Shown here piece by piece: positions 29,001 through 44,000 of a stretch of DNA of 64,000 nt; position 1 is the first letter of the stretch, and each line of letters starts with the position of its first letter. The translations under genes and the position numbers were made by a program. The stretch is taken from positions 4,271,025-4,335,024 of the forward strand of contig CM082596.2 in assembly GCA_040954595.2 (NCBI GenBank), in the 5' to 3' direction. The DNA comes from Balanoglossus misakiensis (lineage: Eukaryota; Animalia; Hemichordata). The notes below the pieces were generated by a model. That model was not told where the DNA came from and did no database searches. It saw nothing but the letters and a program-made list of their open reading frames with translations.

Positions 29001-32000
29001 AAATCATGGGTTATAGCTCATGAAAATCGTCCAGAAACCTCAATTTTACTACTTCGCGAATTTTCAAAATTTGGTGATTTTTTGATAAAAACCATGGGTT
29101 ATAGCCCATGAAAATCGTCCAGAAACCTCAATTTTTCGACTTCGCGAATTTTTAAAATTTGGTGATTTTTGATAAAAATCATGGGTTATAGCTCATGAAA
29201 ATCGTCCAGAAACCTCAATTTTTCGACTTCGCGAATTTTTAAAATTTGGTGATTTTTTGATAAAAATCATGGGTTATAGCTCATGAAAATCGTCCAGAAA
29301 CCTCAATTTTTCTACTTCGCGAATTTTCAAAATTTGGTGATTTTTTGATAAAAACCATGGGTTATAGCCCATGAAAATCGTCCAGAAACCTCAATTTTTC
29401 GACTTCGCGAATTTTTAAAATTTGGTGATTTTTTGATAAAAATCATGGGTTATAGCTCATGAAAATCGTCCAGAAACCTCAATTTTTCGACTTCGCGAAT
29501 TTTCAAAATTTGGTGATTTTTTGATAAAAACCATGGGTTATAGCCCATGAAAATCGTCCAGAAACCTCAATTTTTCGACTTCGCGATTTTTAAAATTTGG
29601 TGATTTTTTGATAAAAATCATGGGTTATAGCTCATGAAAATCGTCCAGAAACCTCAATTTTTCGACTTCGCGAATTTTCAAAATTTGGTGATTTTTTGAT
29701 AAAAATCATGGGTTATAGCTCATGAAAATCGTCCAGAAACCTCTATTTTTCGACTTCGGAATTTTCAAAATTTGGTGATTTTTTGATAAAAATCATGGGT
29801 TATAGCTCATGAAAATCGTCCAGAAACCTCAATTTTTCGACTTCGCGAATTTTTAAAATTTGGTGATTTTTTGATAAAAATCATGGGTTATAGCTCATGA
29901 AAATCGTCCAGAAACCTCAATTTTTCGACTTCGCGAATTTTCAAAATTTGGTGATTTTTTGATAAAAATCATGGGTTATAGCTCATGAAAATCGTCCAGA
30001 AACCTCAATTTTTCTACTTCGCGAATTTTCAAAATTTGGTGATTTTTTGATAAAAACCATGGGTTTTAGCCCATGAAAATCGTCCAGAAACCTCAATTTT
30101 TCGACTTCGCGAATTTTTAAAATTTGGTGATTTTTTGATTAAATCATGGGTTATAGCTCATGAAAATCGTCCAGAAACCTCAATTTTTCGACTTCGCGAA
30201 TTTTCAAAATTTGGTGACTTTTTGATAAAAATCATGGGTTATAGCTCATGAAAATCGTCCAGAAACCTCAATTTTTCGACTTCGGAATTTTCAAAATTTG
30301 GTGATTTTTTGATAAAAATCATGGGTTATAGCTCATGAAAATCGTCCAGAAACCTCAATTTTTCGACTTCGGAATTTTCAAAATTTGGTGATTTTTTGAT
30401 AAAAATCATGGGTTATAGCTCATGAAAATCGTCCAGAAACCTCAATTTTTCGACTTCGCGAATTTTCAACATTTGGTGATTTTTTGATAAAAACCATGGG
30501 TTATAGCCCATGAAAATCGTCCAGAAACCTCAATTTTTCGACTTCGCGAATTTTTTAAAATTTGGTGATTTTTTGATAAAAATCATGGGTTATAGCTCAT
30601 GAAAATCGTCCAGAAACCTCAATTTTTCGACTTTGCGAATTTTTTAAAATTTGGTGATTTTTTGATAAAAATCATGGGTTATAGCTCATGAACATCGTCC
30701 AGAAACCTCAATTTTTCGACTTCGCGAATTTTTAAAATTTGGTGATTTTTTGATAAAAATCATGGGTTATAGCTCATGAAAATCGTCCAGAAACCTCAAT
30801 TTTTCGACTTCGCGAATTTTCAAAATTTGGTGATTTTTTGATAAAAACCATGGGTTATAGCCCATGAAAATCGTCCAGAAACCTCAATTTTTCGACTTCG
30901 CGAATTTTTAAAATTTGGTGATTTTTTGATAAAAACCATGGGTTATAGCCCATGAAAATCGTCCAGAAACCTCAATTTTTCGACTTCGCGAATTTTCAAA
31001 ATTTGGTGATTTTTTGATAAAAACCATGGGTTATAGCCCATGAAAATCGTCCAGAAACCTCAATTTTTCGACTTCGCGAATTTTTAAAATTTGGTGATTT
31101 TTTGATAAAAATCATGGGTTATAGCTCATGAAATCGTCCAGAAACCTCAATTTTTTGACTTCGCGAATTTTCAAAATTTGGTGATTTTTTGATAAAAATC
31201 ATGGGTTATAGCTCATGAAAATCGTCCAGAAACCTCAATTTTTCGACTTCGCGAATTTTCAAAATTTGGTGATTTTTTGATAAAAATCATGGGTTATAGC
31301 TCATGAAAATCGTCCAGAAACCTCAATTTTTCGACTTCGCGAATTTTCAAAATTTGGTGATTTTTTGATAAAAACCATGGGTTATAGCTCATGAAAATCG
31401 TCCAGAAACCTCAATTTTTCGACTTCGCGAATTTTTAAAATTTGGTGATTTTTTGATAAAAATCATGGGTTATAGCTCATGAAAATCGTCCAGAAACCTC
31501 AATTTTTCGACTTCGCGAATTTTCAAAATTTGGTGATTTTTTGATAAAAATCATGGGTTATAGCTCATGAAAATCGTCCAGAAACCTCAATTTTTCTACT
31601 TCGCGAATTTTCAAAATTTGGTGATTTTTTGATAAAAACCATGGGTTATAGCCCATGAAAATCGTCCAGAAACCTCAATTTTTCGACTTCGCGAATTTTT
31701 AAAATTTGGTGATTTTTTGATAAAAATCATGGGTTATAGCTCATGAAAATCGTCCAGAAACTTCAATTTTTCGACTTCGCGAATTTTCAAAATTTGGTGA
31801 TTTTTTGATAAAAATCATGGGTTATAGCTCATGAAAATCGTCCAGAAACCTCAATTTTTCGACTTCGCGAATTTTCAAAATCTGGTCATTTTTTGATAAA
31901 AACCATGGGTTATAGCCCATGAAAATCGTCCAGAAAACTCAATTTTTCGAATTCGAGAATTTTCAAAATTTGGTGATTTTTTGATAAAAACCATGGGTTA

Positions 32001-35000
32001 TAGCTCATGAAAATCGTCCAGAAACCTCAATTTTTCGACTTCGCGAATTTTCAAAATTTGGTGATTTTTTGATAAAAATCATGGGTTATAGCTCATGAAA
32101 ATCGTCCAGAAACCTCAATTTTTCTACTTCGCGAATTTTCAAAATTTGGTGATTTTTTGATAAAAATCATGGGTTATAGCTCATGAAAATCGTCCAGAAA
32201 CCTCAATTTTTCTACTTCGCGAATTTTCAAAATTTGGTGATTTTTTGATAATAACCATGGGTTATAGCCCATGAAAATCGTCCAGAAACCTCAATTTTTC
32301 TACTTCGCGAATTTTCAAAATTTGGTGATTTTTTGATAAAAACCATGGGTTATAGCCCATGAAAATCGTCCAGAAACCTCAATTTTTCGACTTCGCGAAT
32401 TTTTAAAATTTGGTGATTTTTTGATCGAAATCATGGGTTATAGCTCATGAAAATCGTCCAGAAACCTCAATTTTTCGACTTCGCGAATTTTTAAAATTTG
32501 GTGATTTTTTGATAAAAATCATGGGTTATAGCTCATGAAAATCGTCCAGAAACCTCAATTTTTCGACTTCGCGAATTTTCAAAATTTGGTGATTTTTTGA
32601 TAAAAATCATGGGTTATAGCTCATGAAAATCGTCCAGAAACCTCAATTTTTCGACTTCGGAATTTTCAAAATTTGGTGATTTTTTGATAAAAATCATGGT
32701 TTATAGCTCATGAAAATCGTCCAGAAACCTCAATTTTTCGACTTCGCGAATTTTTAAAATTTGGTGATTTTTTGATAAAAATCATGGGTTATAGCTCATG
32801 AAAATCGTCCAGAAACCTCAATTTTTCGACTTCGCGAATTTTTAAAATTTGGTGATTTTTTGATAAAAATCATGGGTTATAGCTCATGAAAATCGTCCAG
32901 AAACCTCAATTTTTCGACTTCGCGAATTTTTAAAATTTGGTGATTTTTTGATAAAAATCATGGGTTATAGCTCATGAAAATCGTCCAGAAACCTCAATTT
33001 TTCGACTTCGCGAATTTTCAAAATTTGGTGATTTTTTGATAAAAATCATGGGTTATAGCTCATGAAAATCGTCCAGAAACCTCAATTTTTCGACTTCGGA
33101 ATTTTCAAAATTTGGTGATTTTTTGATAAAAATCATGGTTTATAGCTCATGAAAATCGTCCAGAAACCTCAATTTTTCGACTTCGCGAATTTTTAAAATT
33201 TGGTGATTTTTTGATAAAAATCATGGGTTATAGCTCATGAAAATCGTCCAGAAACCTCAATTTTTCGACATCGCGAATTTTCAAAATTTGGTGATTTTTT
33301 GATAAAAATCATGGGTTATAGCTCATGAAAATCGTCCAGAAACCTCAATTTTTCGACTTCGGAATTTTCAAAATTTGGTGATTTTTTGATAAAAATCATG
33401 GGTTATAGCTCATGAAAATCGTCCAGAAACCTCAATTTTTCGACTTCGCGAATTTTCAACATTTGGTGATTTTTTGATAAAAACCATGGGTTATAGCCCA
33501 TGAAAATCGTCCAGAAACCTCAATTTTTCGACTTCGCGAATTTTTAAAATTTGGTGATTTTTTGATAAAAATCATGGGTTATAGCTCATGAAAATCGTCC
33601 AGAAACCTCAATTTTTCAACTTTGCGAATTTTCAAAATCTGGTCATTTTTTGATAAAAACCATGGGTTATAGCCCATGAAAATCGTCCAGAAAACTCAAT
33701 TTTTCGAATTCGAGAATTTTCAAAATTTGGTGATTTTTTGATAAAAACCATGGGTTATAGCCCATGAAAATCGTCCAGAAACCTCAATTTTTCGACTTCG
33801 CGAATTTTTAAAATTTGGTGATTTTTTGATAAAAACCATGGGTTATAGCCCATGAAAATCGTCCAGAAACCTCAATTTTTCGACTTCGCGAATTTTCAAA
33901 ATTTGGTGATTTTTTGATAAAAACCATGGGTTATAGCCCATGAAAATCGTCCAGAAACCTCAATTTTTCGACTTCGCGAATTTTCAAAATTTGGTGATTT
34001 TTTGATAAAAATCATGGGTTATAGCTCATGAAAATCGTCCAGAAACCTCAATTTTTCTACTTCGCGAATTTTCAAAATTTGGTGATTTTTTGATAAAAAT
34101 CATGGGTTATAGCTCATGAAAATCGTCCAGAAACCTCAATTTTTCTACTTCGCGAATTTTCAAAATTTGGTGATTTTTTGATAAAAACCATGGGTTATAG
34201 CCCATGAAAATCGTCCAGAAACCTCAATTTTTCTACTTCGCGAATTTTCAAAATTTGGTGATTTTTTGATAAAAACCATGGGTTATAGCCCATGAAAATC
34301 GTCCAGAAACCTCAATTTTTCGACTTCGCGAATTTTTAAAATTTGGTGATTTTTTGATAAAAATCATGGGTTATAGCTCATGAAAATCGTCCAGAAACCT
34401 CAATTTTTCGACTTCGCGAATTTTTAAAATTTGGTGATTTTTTGATAAAAATCATGGGTTATAGCTCATGAAAATCGTCCAGAAACCTCAATTTTTCGAC
34501 TTCGCGAATTTTCAAAATTTGGTGATTTTTTGATAAAAATCATGGGTTATAGCTCATGAAAATCGTCCAGAAACCTCAATTTTTCGACTTCGGAATTTTC
34601 AAAATTTGGTGATTTTTTGATAAAAATCATGGTTTATAGCTCATGAAAATCGTCCAGAAACCTCAATTTTTCGACTTCGCGAATTTTTAAAATTTGGTGA
34701 TTTTTTGATAAAAATCATGGGTTATAGCTCATGAAAATCGTCCAGAAACCTCAATTTTTCGACATCGCGAATTTTCAAAATTTGGTGATTTTTTGATAAA
34801 AATCATGGGTTATAGCTCATGAAAATCGTCCAGAAACCTCAATTTTTCGACTTCGGAATTTTCAAAATTTGGTGATTTTTTGATAAAAATCATGGGTTAT
34901 AGCTCATGAAAATCGTCCAGAAACCTCAATTTTTCGACTTCGCGAATTTTCAACATTTGGTGATTTTTTGATAAAAACCATGGGTTATAGCCCATGAAAA

Positions 35001-38000
35001 TCGTCCAGAAACCTCAATTTTTCGACTTCGCGAATTTTTAAAATTTGGTGATTTTTTGATAAAAATCATGGGTTATAGCTCATGAAAATCGTCCAGAAAC
35101 CTCAATTTTTCAACTTCGCGAATTTTCAAAATCTGGTCATTTTTTGATAAAAACCATGGGTTATAGCCCATGAAAATCGTCCAGAAAACTCAATTTTTCG
35201 AATTCGAGAATTTTCAAAATTTTGTGATTTTTTGATAAAAACCATGGGTTATAGCCCATGAAAATCGTCCAGAAACCTCAATTTTTCGACTTCGCGAATT
35301 TTTAAAATTTGGTGATTTTTTGATAAAAACCATGGGTTATAGCCCATGAAAATCGTCCAGAAAACTCAATTTTTCGAATTCGAGAATTTTCAAAATTTGG
35401 TGATTTTTTGATAAAAACCATGGGTTATAGCTCATGAAAATCGTCCAGAAACCTCTATTTTTCGACTTCGCGAATTTTCAAAATTTGGTGATTTTTTGAT
35501 AAAAATCATGGGTTATAGCTCATGAAAATCGTCCAGAAACCTCAATTTTTCTACTTCGCGAATTTTCAAAATTTGGTGATTTTTTGATAAAAATCATGGG
35601 TTATAGCTCATGAAAATCGTCCAGAAACCTCAATTTTTCGACTTCGCGAATTTTCAAAATTTGGTGATTTTTTGATAAAAACCATGGGTTATAGCCCATG
35701 AAAATCGTCCAGAAACCTCAATTTTTCTACTTCGCGAATTTTCAAAATTTGGTGATTTTTTGATAAAAACCATGGGTTATAGCCCATGAAAATCGTCCAG
35801 AAACCTCAATTTTTCGACTTCGCGAATTTTTAAAATTTGGTGATTTTTTGATAAAAATCATGGGTTATAGCTCATGAAAATCGTCCAGAAACCTCAATTT
35901 TTCGACTTCGCGAATTTTCAAAATTTGGTGATTTTTTGATAAAAATCATGGGTTATAGCTCATGAAAATCGTCCAGAAACCTCAATTTTTCTACTTCGCG
36001 AATTTTCAAAATTTGGTGATTTTTTGATAAAAACCATGGGTTATAGCCCATGAAAATCGTCCAGAAACCTCAATTTTTCGACTTCGCGAATTTTTAAAAT
36101 TTGGTGATTTTTTGATAAAAATCATGGGTTATAGCTCATGAAAATCGTCCAGAAACCTCAATTTTTCGACTTCGCGAATTTTCAAAATTTGGTGATTTTT
36201 TGATAAAAATCATGGGTTATAGCTCATGAAAATCGTCCAGAAACCTCAATTTTTCGACTTCGCGAATTTTCAAAATCTGGTCATTTTTTGATAAAAACCA
36301 TGGGTTATAGCCCATGAAAATCGTCCAGAAAACTCAATTTTTCGAATTCGAGAATTTTCAAAATTTGGTGATTTTTTGATAAAAACCATGGGTTATAGCT
36401 CATGAAAATCGTCCAGAAACCTCTATTTTTCGACTTCGCGAATTTTCAAAATTTGGTGATTTTTTGATAAAAATCATGGGTTATAGCTCATGAAAATCGT
36501 CCAGAAACCTCAATTTTTCTACTTCGCGAATTTTCAAAATTTGGTGATTTTTTGATAAAAATCATGGGTTATAGCTCATGAAAATCGTCCAGAAACCTCA
36601 ATTTTTCTACTTCGCGAATTTTCAAAATTTGGTGATTTTTTGATAAAAACCATGGGTTATAGCCCATGAAAATCGTCCAGAAACCTCAATTTTTCTACTT
36701 CGCGAATTTTCAAAATTTGGTGATTTTTTGATAAAAACCATGGGTTATAGCCCATGAAAATCGTCCAGAAACCTCAATTTTTCGACTTCGCGAATTTTTA
36801 AAATTTGGTGATTTTTTGATAAAAATCATGGGTTATAGCCCATGAAAATCGTCCAGAAACCTCAATTTTTCGACTTCGCGAATTTTTAAAATTTGGTGAT
36901 TTTTTGATAAAAATCATGGGTTATAGCTCATGAAAATCGTCCAGAAACCTCAATTTTTCGACTTCGCGAATTTTCAAAATCTGGTCATTTTTTGATAAAA
37001 ACCATGGGTTATAGCCCATGAAAATCGTCCAGAAAACTCAATTTTTCGAATTCGAGAATTTTCAAAATTTGGTGATTTTTTGATAAAAACCATGGGTTAT
37101 AGCTCATGAAAATCGTCCAGAAACCTCAATTTTTCGACTTCGCGAATTTTCAAAATTTGGTGATTTTTTGATAAAAATCATGGGTTATAGCTCATGAAAA
37201 TCGTCCAGAAACCTCAATTTTTCTACTTCGCGAATTTTCAAAATTTGGTGATTTTTTGATAAAAACCATGGGTTATAGCCCATGAAAATCGTCCAGAAAC
37301 CTCAATTTTTCGACTTCGCGAATTTTTAAAATTTGGTGATTTTTTGATAAAAATCATGGGTTATAGCTCATGAAAATCGTCCAGAAACCTCAATTTTTCG
37401 ACTTCGCGAATTTTCAAAATTTGGTGATTTTTTGATAAAAATCATGGGTTCTAGCTCATGAAAATCGTCCAGAAACCTCAATTTTTCGACTTCGGAATTT
37501 TCAAAATTTGGTGATTTTTTGATAAAAATCATGGGTTATAGCTCATGAAAATCGTCCAGAAACCTCAATTTTTCGACTTCGCGAATTTTTAAAATTTGGT
37601 GATTTTTTGATAAAAATCATGGGTTATAGCTCATGAAAATCGTCCAGAAACCTCAATTTTTCGACTTCGCGAATTTTCAAAATTTGGTGATTTTTTGATA
37701 AAAACCATGGGTTATAGCCCATGAAAATCGTCCAGAAACCTCAATTTTTCGACTTCGCGAATTTTTAAAATTTGGTGATTTTTTGATAAAAATCATAGGT
37801 TATAGCTCATGAAAATCGTCCAGAAAACTCAATTTTTCGACTTCGCGAATTTTCAAAATCTGGTCATTTTTTGATAAAAACCATGGGTTATAGCCCATAA
37901 AAATCGTCCAGAAAACTCAATTTTTCGAATTCGAGAATTTTCAAAATTTGGTGATTTTTTGATAAAAACCATGGGTTATAGCCCATGAAAATCGTCCAGA

Positions 38001-41000
38001 AACCTCAAATTTTCGACTTCGCGAAGTTTTAAAATTTGGTGATTTTTTGATAAAAACCATGGGTTATAGCCCATGAAAATCGTCCAGAAACCTCAATTTT
38101 TCGACTTCGCGAATTTTCAAAATTTGGTGATTTTTTGATAAAAACCATGGGTTATAGCCCATGAAAATCGTCCAGAAACCTCAATTTTTCGACTTCGCGA
38201 ATTTTTAAAATTTGGTGATTTTTTGATAAAAATCATGGGTTATAGCTCATGAAAATCGTCCAGAAACCTAAATTTTTCGACTTCGCGAATTTTCAAAATT
38301 TGGTGATTTTTTGATAAAAATCATGGGTTATAACTCATGAAAATCGTCCAGAAACCTCAATTTTTCGACTTCGGAATTTTCAAAATTTGGTGATTTTTTG
38401 ATAAAAATCATGGGTTATAGCTCATGAAAATCGTCCAGAAACCTCAATTTTTCGTTTTCGCGAATTTTCAAAATTTGGTGATTTTTTGATAAAAACCATG
38501 GGTTATAGCCCATGAAAATCGTCCAGAAACCTCAATTTTTCGACTTCGCGAATTTTTAAAATTTGGTGATTTTTTGATAAAAATCATGGGTTATAGCTCA
38601 TGAAAATCGTCCAGAAACCTCAATTTTTCGACTTCGCGAATTTTCAAAATTTGGTGATTTTTTGATAAAAATCATGGGTTATAGCTCATGAAAATCGTCC
38701 AGAAACCTCAATTTTTCGACTTCGCGAATTTTCAAAATTTGGTGATTTTTTGATAAAAATCATGGGTTATAGCTCATGAAAATCGTCCAGAAACCTCAAT
38801 TTTTCGACTTCGCGATTTTTCAAAATTTGGTGATTTTTTGATTAAAACCAAGGGTTATAGCTCATGAAATTCGTCCAGAAACCTCAATTTTTCGAATTCG
38901 AGAATTTTCAAAATTTGGTGATTTTTTGATAAAAACCATGGGTTATAGCTCATGAAAATCGTCCAGAAACCTCAATTTTTCGACTTCGCGAATTTTCAAA
39001 ATTTGGTGATTTTTTGATAAAAATCATGGGTTATAGCTCATGAAAATCGTCCAGAAACCTCAATTTTTCTACTTCGCGAATTTTCAAAATTTGGTGATTT
39101 TTTGATAAAAACCATGGGTTATAGCCCATGAAAATCGTCCAGAAACCTCAATTTTTCGACTTCGCGAATTTTTAAAATTTGGTGATTTTTTGATAAAAAT
39201 CATGGGTTATAGCTCATGAAAATCGTCCAGAAACCTCAATTTTTCGACTTCGCGAATTTTCAAAATTTGGTGATTTTTTGATAAAAATCATGGGTTCTAG
39301 CTCATGAAAATCGTCCAGAAACCTCAATTTTTCGACTTCGGAATTTTCAAAATTTGGTGATTTTTTGATAAAAATCATGGGTTATAGCTCATGAAAATCG
39401 TCCAGAAACCTCAATTTTTCGACTTCGCGAATTTTTAAAATTTGGTGATTTTTTGATAAAAATCATGGGTTATAGCTCATGAAAATCGTCCAGAAACCTC
39501 AATTTTTCGACTTCGCGAATTTTCAAAATTTGGTGATTTTTTGATAAAAACCATGGGTTATAGCCCATGAAAATCGTCCAGAAACCTCAATTTTTCGACT
39601 TCGCGAATTTTTAAAATTTGGTGATTTTTTGATAAAAATCATAGGTTATAGCTCATGAAAATCGTCCAGAAAACTCAATTTTTCGACTTCGCGAATTTTC
39701 AAAATCTGGTCATTTTTTGATAAAAACCATGGGTTATAGCCCATAAAAATCGTCCAGAAAACTCAATTTTTCGAATTCGAGAATTTTCAAAATTTGGTGA
39801 TTTTTTGATAAAAACCATGGGTTATAGCCCATGAAAATCGTCCAGAAACCTCAAATTTTCGACTTCGCGAAGTTTTAAAATTTGGTGATTTTTTGATAAA
39901 AACCATGGGTTATAGCCCATGAAAATCGTCCAGAAACCTCAATTTTTCGACTTCGCGAATTTTCAAAATTTGGTGATTTTTTGATAAAAACCATGGGTTA
40001 TAGCCCATGAAAATCGTCCAGAAACCTCAATTTTTCGACTTCGCGAATTTTTAAAATTTGGTGATTTTTTGATAAAAATCATGGGTTATAGCTCATGAAA
40101 ATCGTCCAGAAACCTAAATTTTTCGACTTCGCGAATTTTCAAAATTTGGTGATTTTTTGATAAAAATCATGGGTTATAACTCATGAAAATCGTCCAGAAA
40201 CCTCAATTTTTCGACTTCGGAATTTTCAAAATTTGGTGATTTTTTGATAAAAATCATGGGTTATAGCTCATGAAAATCGTCCAGAAACCTCAATTTTTCG
40301 TTTTCGCGAATTTTCAAAATTTGGTGATTTTTTGATAAAAACCATGGGTTATAGCCCATGAAAATCGTCCAGAAACCTCAATTTTTCGACTTCGCGAATT
40401 TTTAAAATTTGGTGATTTTTTGATAAAAATCATGGGTTATAGCTCATGAAAATCGTCCAGAAACCTCAATTTTTCGACTTCGCGAATTTTCAAAATTTGG
40501 TGATTTTTTGATAAAAATCATGGGTTATAGCTCATGAAAATCGTCCAGAAACCTCAATTTTTCGACTTCGCGAATTTTCAAAATTTGGTGATTTTTTGAT
40601 AAAAATCATGGGTTATAGCTCATGAAAATCGTCCAGAAACCTCAATTTTTCGACTTCGCGATTTTTCAAAATTTGGTGATTTTTTGATTAAAACCAAGGG
40701 TTATAGCTCATGAAATTCGTCCAGAAACCTCAATTTTTCGACTTCGCGAATTTTCAAAATTTGGTGGTTTTTTGATGAAAACCATGGGTTATAGCCCATG
40801 AAAATCGTCCAGAAACCTCAATTTTTCGACTTCGCGAATTTTCAAAATCTGGTCATTTTTTGATAAAAACCATGGGTTATAGCCCATGAAAATCGTCCAG
40901 AAAACTCAATTTTTCGACTTCGAGAATTTTCAAAATTTGGTGATTTTTTGATAAAAAGCATGGGTTATAGCCCATGAAAATCGTCCAGAAACCTCAATTT

Positions 41001-44000
41001 TTCGACTTCGCGAATTTTTAAAATTTGGTGATTTTTTGATAAAAATCATGGGTTATAGCTCATGAAAATCGTCCAGAAACCTCAATTTTTCGACTTCGCG
41101 AATTTTCAAAATCTGGTCATTTTTTGATAAAAACCATGGGTTATAGCCCATGAAAATCGTCCAGAAAACTCAATTTTTCGAATTCGAGAATTTTCAAAAT
41201 TTGGTGATTTTTTGATAAAAACCATGGGTTATAGCCCATGAAAATCGTCCAGAAACCTCAATTTTTCGACTTCGCGAAGTTTTAAAATTTGGTGATTTTT
41301 TGATAAAAACCATGGGTTATAGCCCATGAAAATCGTCCAGAAACCTCAATTTTTCGACTTCGCGAATTTTCAAAATTTGGTGATTTTTTGATAAAAACCA
41401 TGGGTTATAGCCCATGAAAATCGTCCAGAAACCTCAATTTTTCGACTTCGCGAATTTTTAAAATTTGGTGATTTTTTGATAAAAATCATGGGTTATAGCT
41501 CATGAAAATCGTCCAGAAACCTCAATTTTTCGACTTCGCGAATTTTTAAAATTTGGTGATTTTTTGATAAAAATCATGGGTTATAGCTCATGAAAATCGT
41601 CCAGAAACCTCAATTTTTCGACTTCGGAATTTTCAAAATTTGGTGATTTTTTGATAAAAATCATGGGTTATAGCTCATGAAAATCGTCCAGAAACCTCAA
41701 TTTTTCGACTTCGCGAATTTTCAAAATTTGGTGATTTTTTGATAAAAACCATGGGTTATAGCCCATGAAAATCGTCCAGAAACCTCAATTTTTCGACTTC
41801 GCGAATTTTCAAAATTTGGTGATTTTTTGATAAAAATCATGGGTTATAGCTCATGAAAATCGTCCAGAAACCTCAATTTTTCGACTTCTCGAATTTTCAA
41901 AATTTGGTGATTTTTGGATAAAAACCATGGGTTATAGCCCATGAAAATCGTCCAGAAACCTCAATTTTTCGACTTCGCGAATTTTCAAAATTTGGTGAAT
42001 TTTTGATAAAAACCATGGGTTATAGCCCATGAAAATCGTCCAGAAACCTCAATTTTTCGACTTCGCGAATTTTCAAAATTTGGTGATTTTTTGATAAAAA
42101 CCATGGGTTATAGCCCATGAAAATCGTCCAGAAACCTCAATTTTTCGACTTCGCGAATTTTCAAAATTTGGTGATTTTTTGATAAAAATCATGGGTTATA
42201 GCTCATGAAAATCGTCCAGAAACCTCAATTTTTCTACTTCGCGCATTTTCAAAATTTGGTGATTTTTTGATAAAAATCATGGGTTATAGCTCATGAAAAT
42301 CGTCCAGAAACCTCAATTTTTCGACTTCGCGATTTTTCAAAATTTGGTGATTTTTTGATGAAAACCATGGGTTATAGCTCATGAAATTCGTCCAGAAACC
42401 TCAATTTTTCGACTTCGCGAATTTTCAAAATTTGGTGGTTTTTTGATGAAAACCATGGGTTATAGCCCATGAAAATCGTCCAGAAACCTCAATTTTTCGA
42501 CTTCGCGAATTTTCAAAATCTGGTCATTTTTTGATAAAAACCATGGGTTATAGCCCATGAAAATCGTCCAGAAAACTCAATTTTTCGACTTCGAGAATTT
42601 TCAAAATTTGGTGATTTTTTGATAAAAAGCATGGGTTATAGCCCATGAAAATCGTCCAGAAACCTCAATTTTTCGACTTCGCGAATTTTTAAAATTTGGT
42701 GATTTTTTGATAAAAATCATGGGTTATAGCTCATGAAAATCGTCCAGAAACCTCAATTTTTCGACTTCGCGAATTTTCAAAATCTGGTCATTTTTTGATA
42801 AAAACCATGGGTTATAGCCCATGAAAATCGTCCAGAAAACTCAATTTTTCGAATTCGAGAATTTTCAAAATTTGGTGATTTTTTGATAAAAACCATGGGT
42901 TATAGCCCATGAAAATCGTCCAGAAACCTCAATTTTTCGACTTCGCGAAGTTTTAAAATTTGGTGATTTTTTGATAAAAACCATGGGTTATAGCCCATGA
43001 AAATCGTCCAGAAACCTCAATTTTTCGACTTCGCGAATTTTCAAAATTTGGTGATTTTTTGATAAAAACCATGGGTTATAGCCCATGAAAATCGTCCAGA
43101 AACCTCAATTTTTCGACTTCGCGAATTTTTAAAATTTGGTGATTTTTTGATAAAAATCATGGGTTATAGCTCATGAAAATCGTCCAGAAACCTCAATTTT
43201 TCGACTTCGCGAATTTTTAAAATTTGGTGATTTTTTGATAAAAATCATGGGTTATAGCTCATGAAAATCGTCCAGAAACCTCAATTTTTCGACTTCGGAA
43301 TTTTCAAAATTTGGTGATTTTTTGATAAAAATCATGGGTTATAGCTCATGAAAATCGTCCAGAAACCTCAATTTTTCGACTTCGCGAATTTTCAAAATTT
43401 GGTGATTTTTTGATAAAAACCATTGGTTATAGCCCATGAAAATCGTCCAGAAACCTCAATTTTTCGACTTCGCGAATTTTCAAAATTTGGTGATTTTTTG
43501 ATAAAAATCATGGGTTATAGCTCATGAAAATCGTCCAGAAACCTCAATTTTTCGACTTCTCGAATTTTCAAAATTTGGTGATTTTTGGATAAAAACCATG
43601 GGTTATAGCCCATGAAAATCGTCCAGAAACCTCAATTTTTCGACTTCGCGAATTTTCAAAATTTGGTGAATTTTTGATAAAAACCATGGGTTATAGCCCA
43701 TGAAAATCGTCCAGAAACCTCAATTTTTCGACTTCGCGAATTTTCAAAATTTGGTGATTTTTTGATAAAAACCATGGGTTATAGCCCATGAAAATCGTCC
43801 AGAAACCTCAATTTTTCGACTTCGCGAATTTTCAAAATTTGGTGGTTTTTGGATAAAAACCATGGGTTATAGCTCATGAAAATCGTCCAGAAACCTCAAT
43901 TTTTCGACTTCGCGAATTTTTAAAATTTGGTGATTTTTTGATAAAAATCATGGGTTATAGCTCATGAAAATCGTCCAGAAACCTCAATTTTTCGACTTCG

